Origin: Camelus dromedarius
Taxonomy: Eukaryota
Assembly (NCBI RefSeq): GCF_036321535.1
Contig: NC_087437.1
Location: 21,268,001 to 21,332,000 of the forward strand
DNA length: 64,000 nucleotides
Direction of reading: 5' to 3'
The notes beneath the pieces were generated by a model. It had not been told where the DNA came from and did not search any database. It was given only the letters and a program-made list of their open reading frames with translations. Below are positions 63,854-64,000 of the stretch, piece after piece. The first letter of the stretch is position 1; each line of letters starts with the position of its first letter. Position numbers and translations under genes: made by a program.

Positions 63854-64000
63854 CTGCAAAGTCAGGACAAAGAAAATAATATTCTTAGTTATTAAGAAAA
63901 GCTTACAGGCAGAAAACAATGCTGAAGGCTAACCTATGTACAAGGAGGAACACTTCCTGTCTAAGAAGCACTTAATATCAATCACCTAAAATGTAAGCGA

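Noticed and set aside
1..64000. Prokaryotic-style systems (CRISPR array, operon, defence island, prophage) or an intact ERV/transposase
   Set aside because: The window is spliced mammalian DNA with LINEs and SINEs; no repeat-spacer array, no long intact ORF and no paired LTRs were seen

Overview
Mammalian (eukaryotic) genomic DNA, most likely a camelid (camel/alpaca/llama), inferred from several tRNA-Ala-derived Vic-1-type SINEs and no recognisable Alu, Bov-tA, PRE1 or Can-SINE. Two genes lie tail-to-tail. On + are the last four coding exons and 3' UTR of ATP1B3 (Na+/K+-ATPase beta-3; exons 283-467, 2917-2967, 7357-7443, 9715-9885). On - are nine coding exons of TFDP2 (DP-2; 63853 down to the stop at 28339) with a probable ~6 kb 3' UTR. 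All exons have GT-AG ends and join in frame. TFDP2 introns carry two processed pseudogenes that the ORF track misses (FAM32A-like at ~43.5-44.8 kb, RPL21 at ~56.2-57.0 kb), plus many L1, L2, MIR and MER/Charlie fragments. I found no new multi-gene system. The most unusual items are a Vic-1 SINE that appears to carry a 3' transduction inside one TSD pair, the two retrocopies (one nested in an L1, apparently from a long-UTR transcript), apparent loss of an ATP1B3 N-glycosylation sequon, and a CpG-dense patch in the TFDP2 3' UTR. Identifications rest on recalled reference sequences, not database searches, and repeat boundaries are approximate. Most ORFs in the supplied track are spurious.
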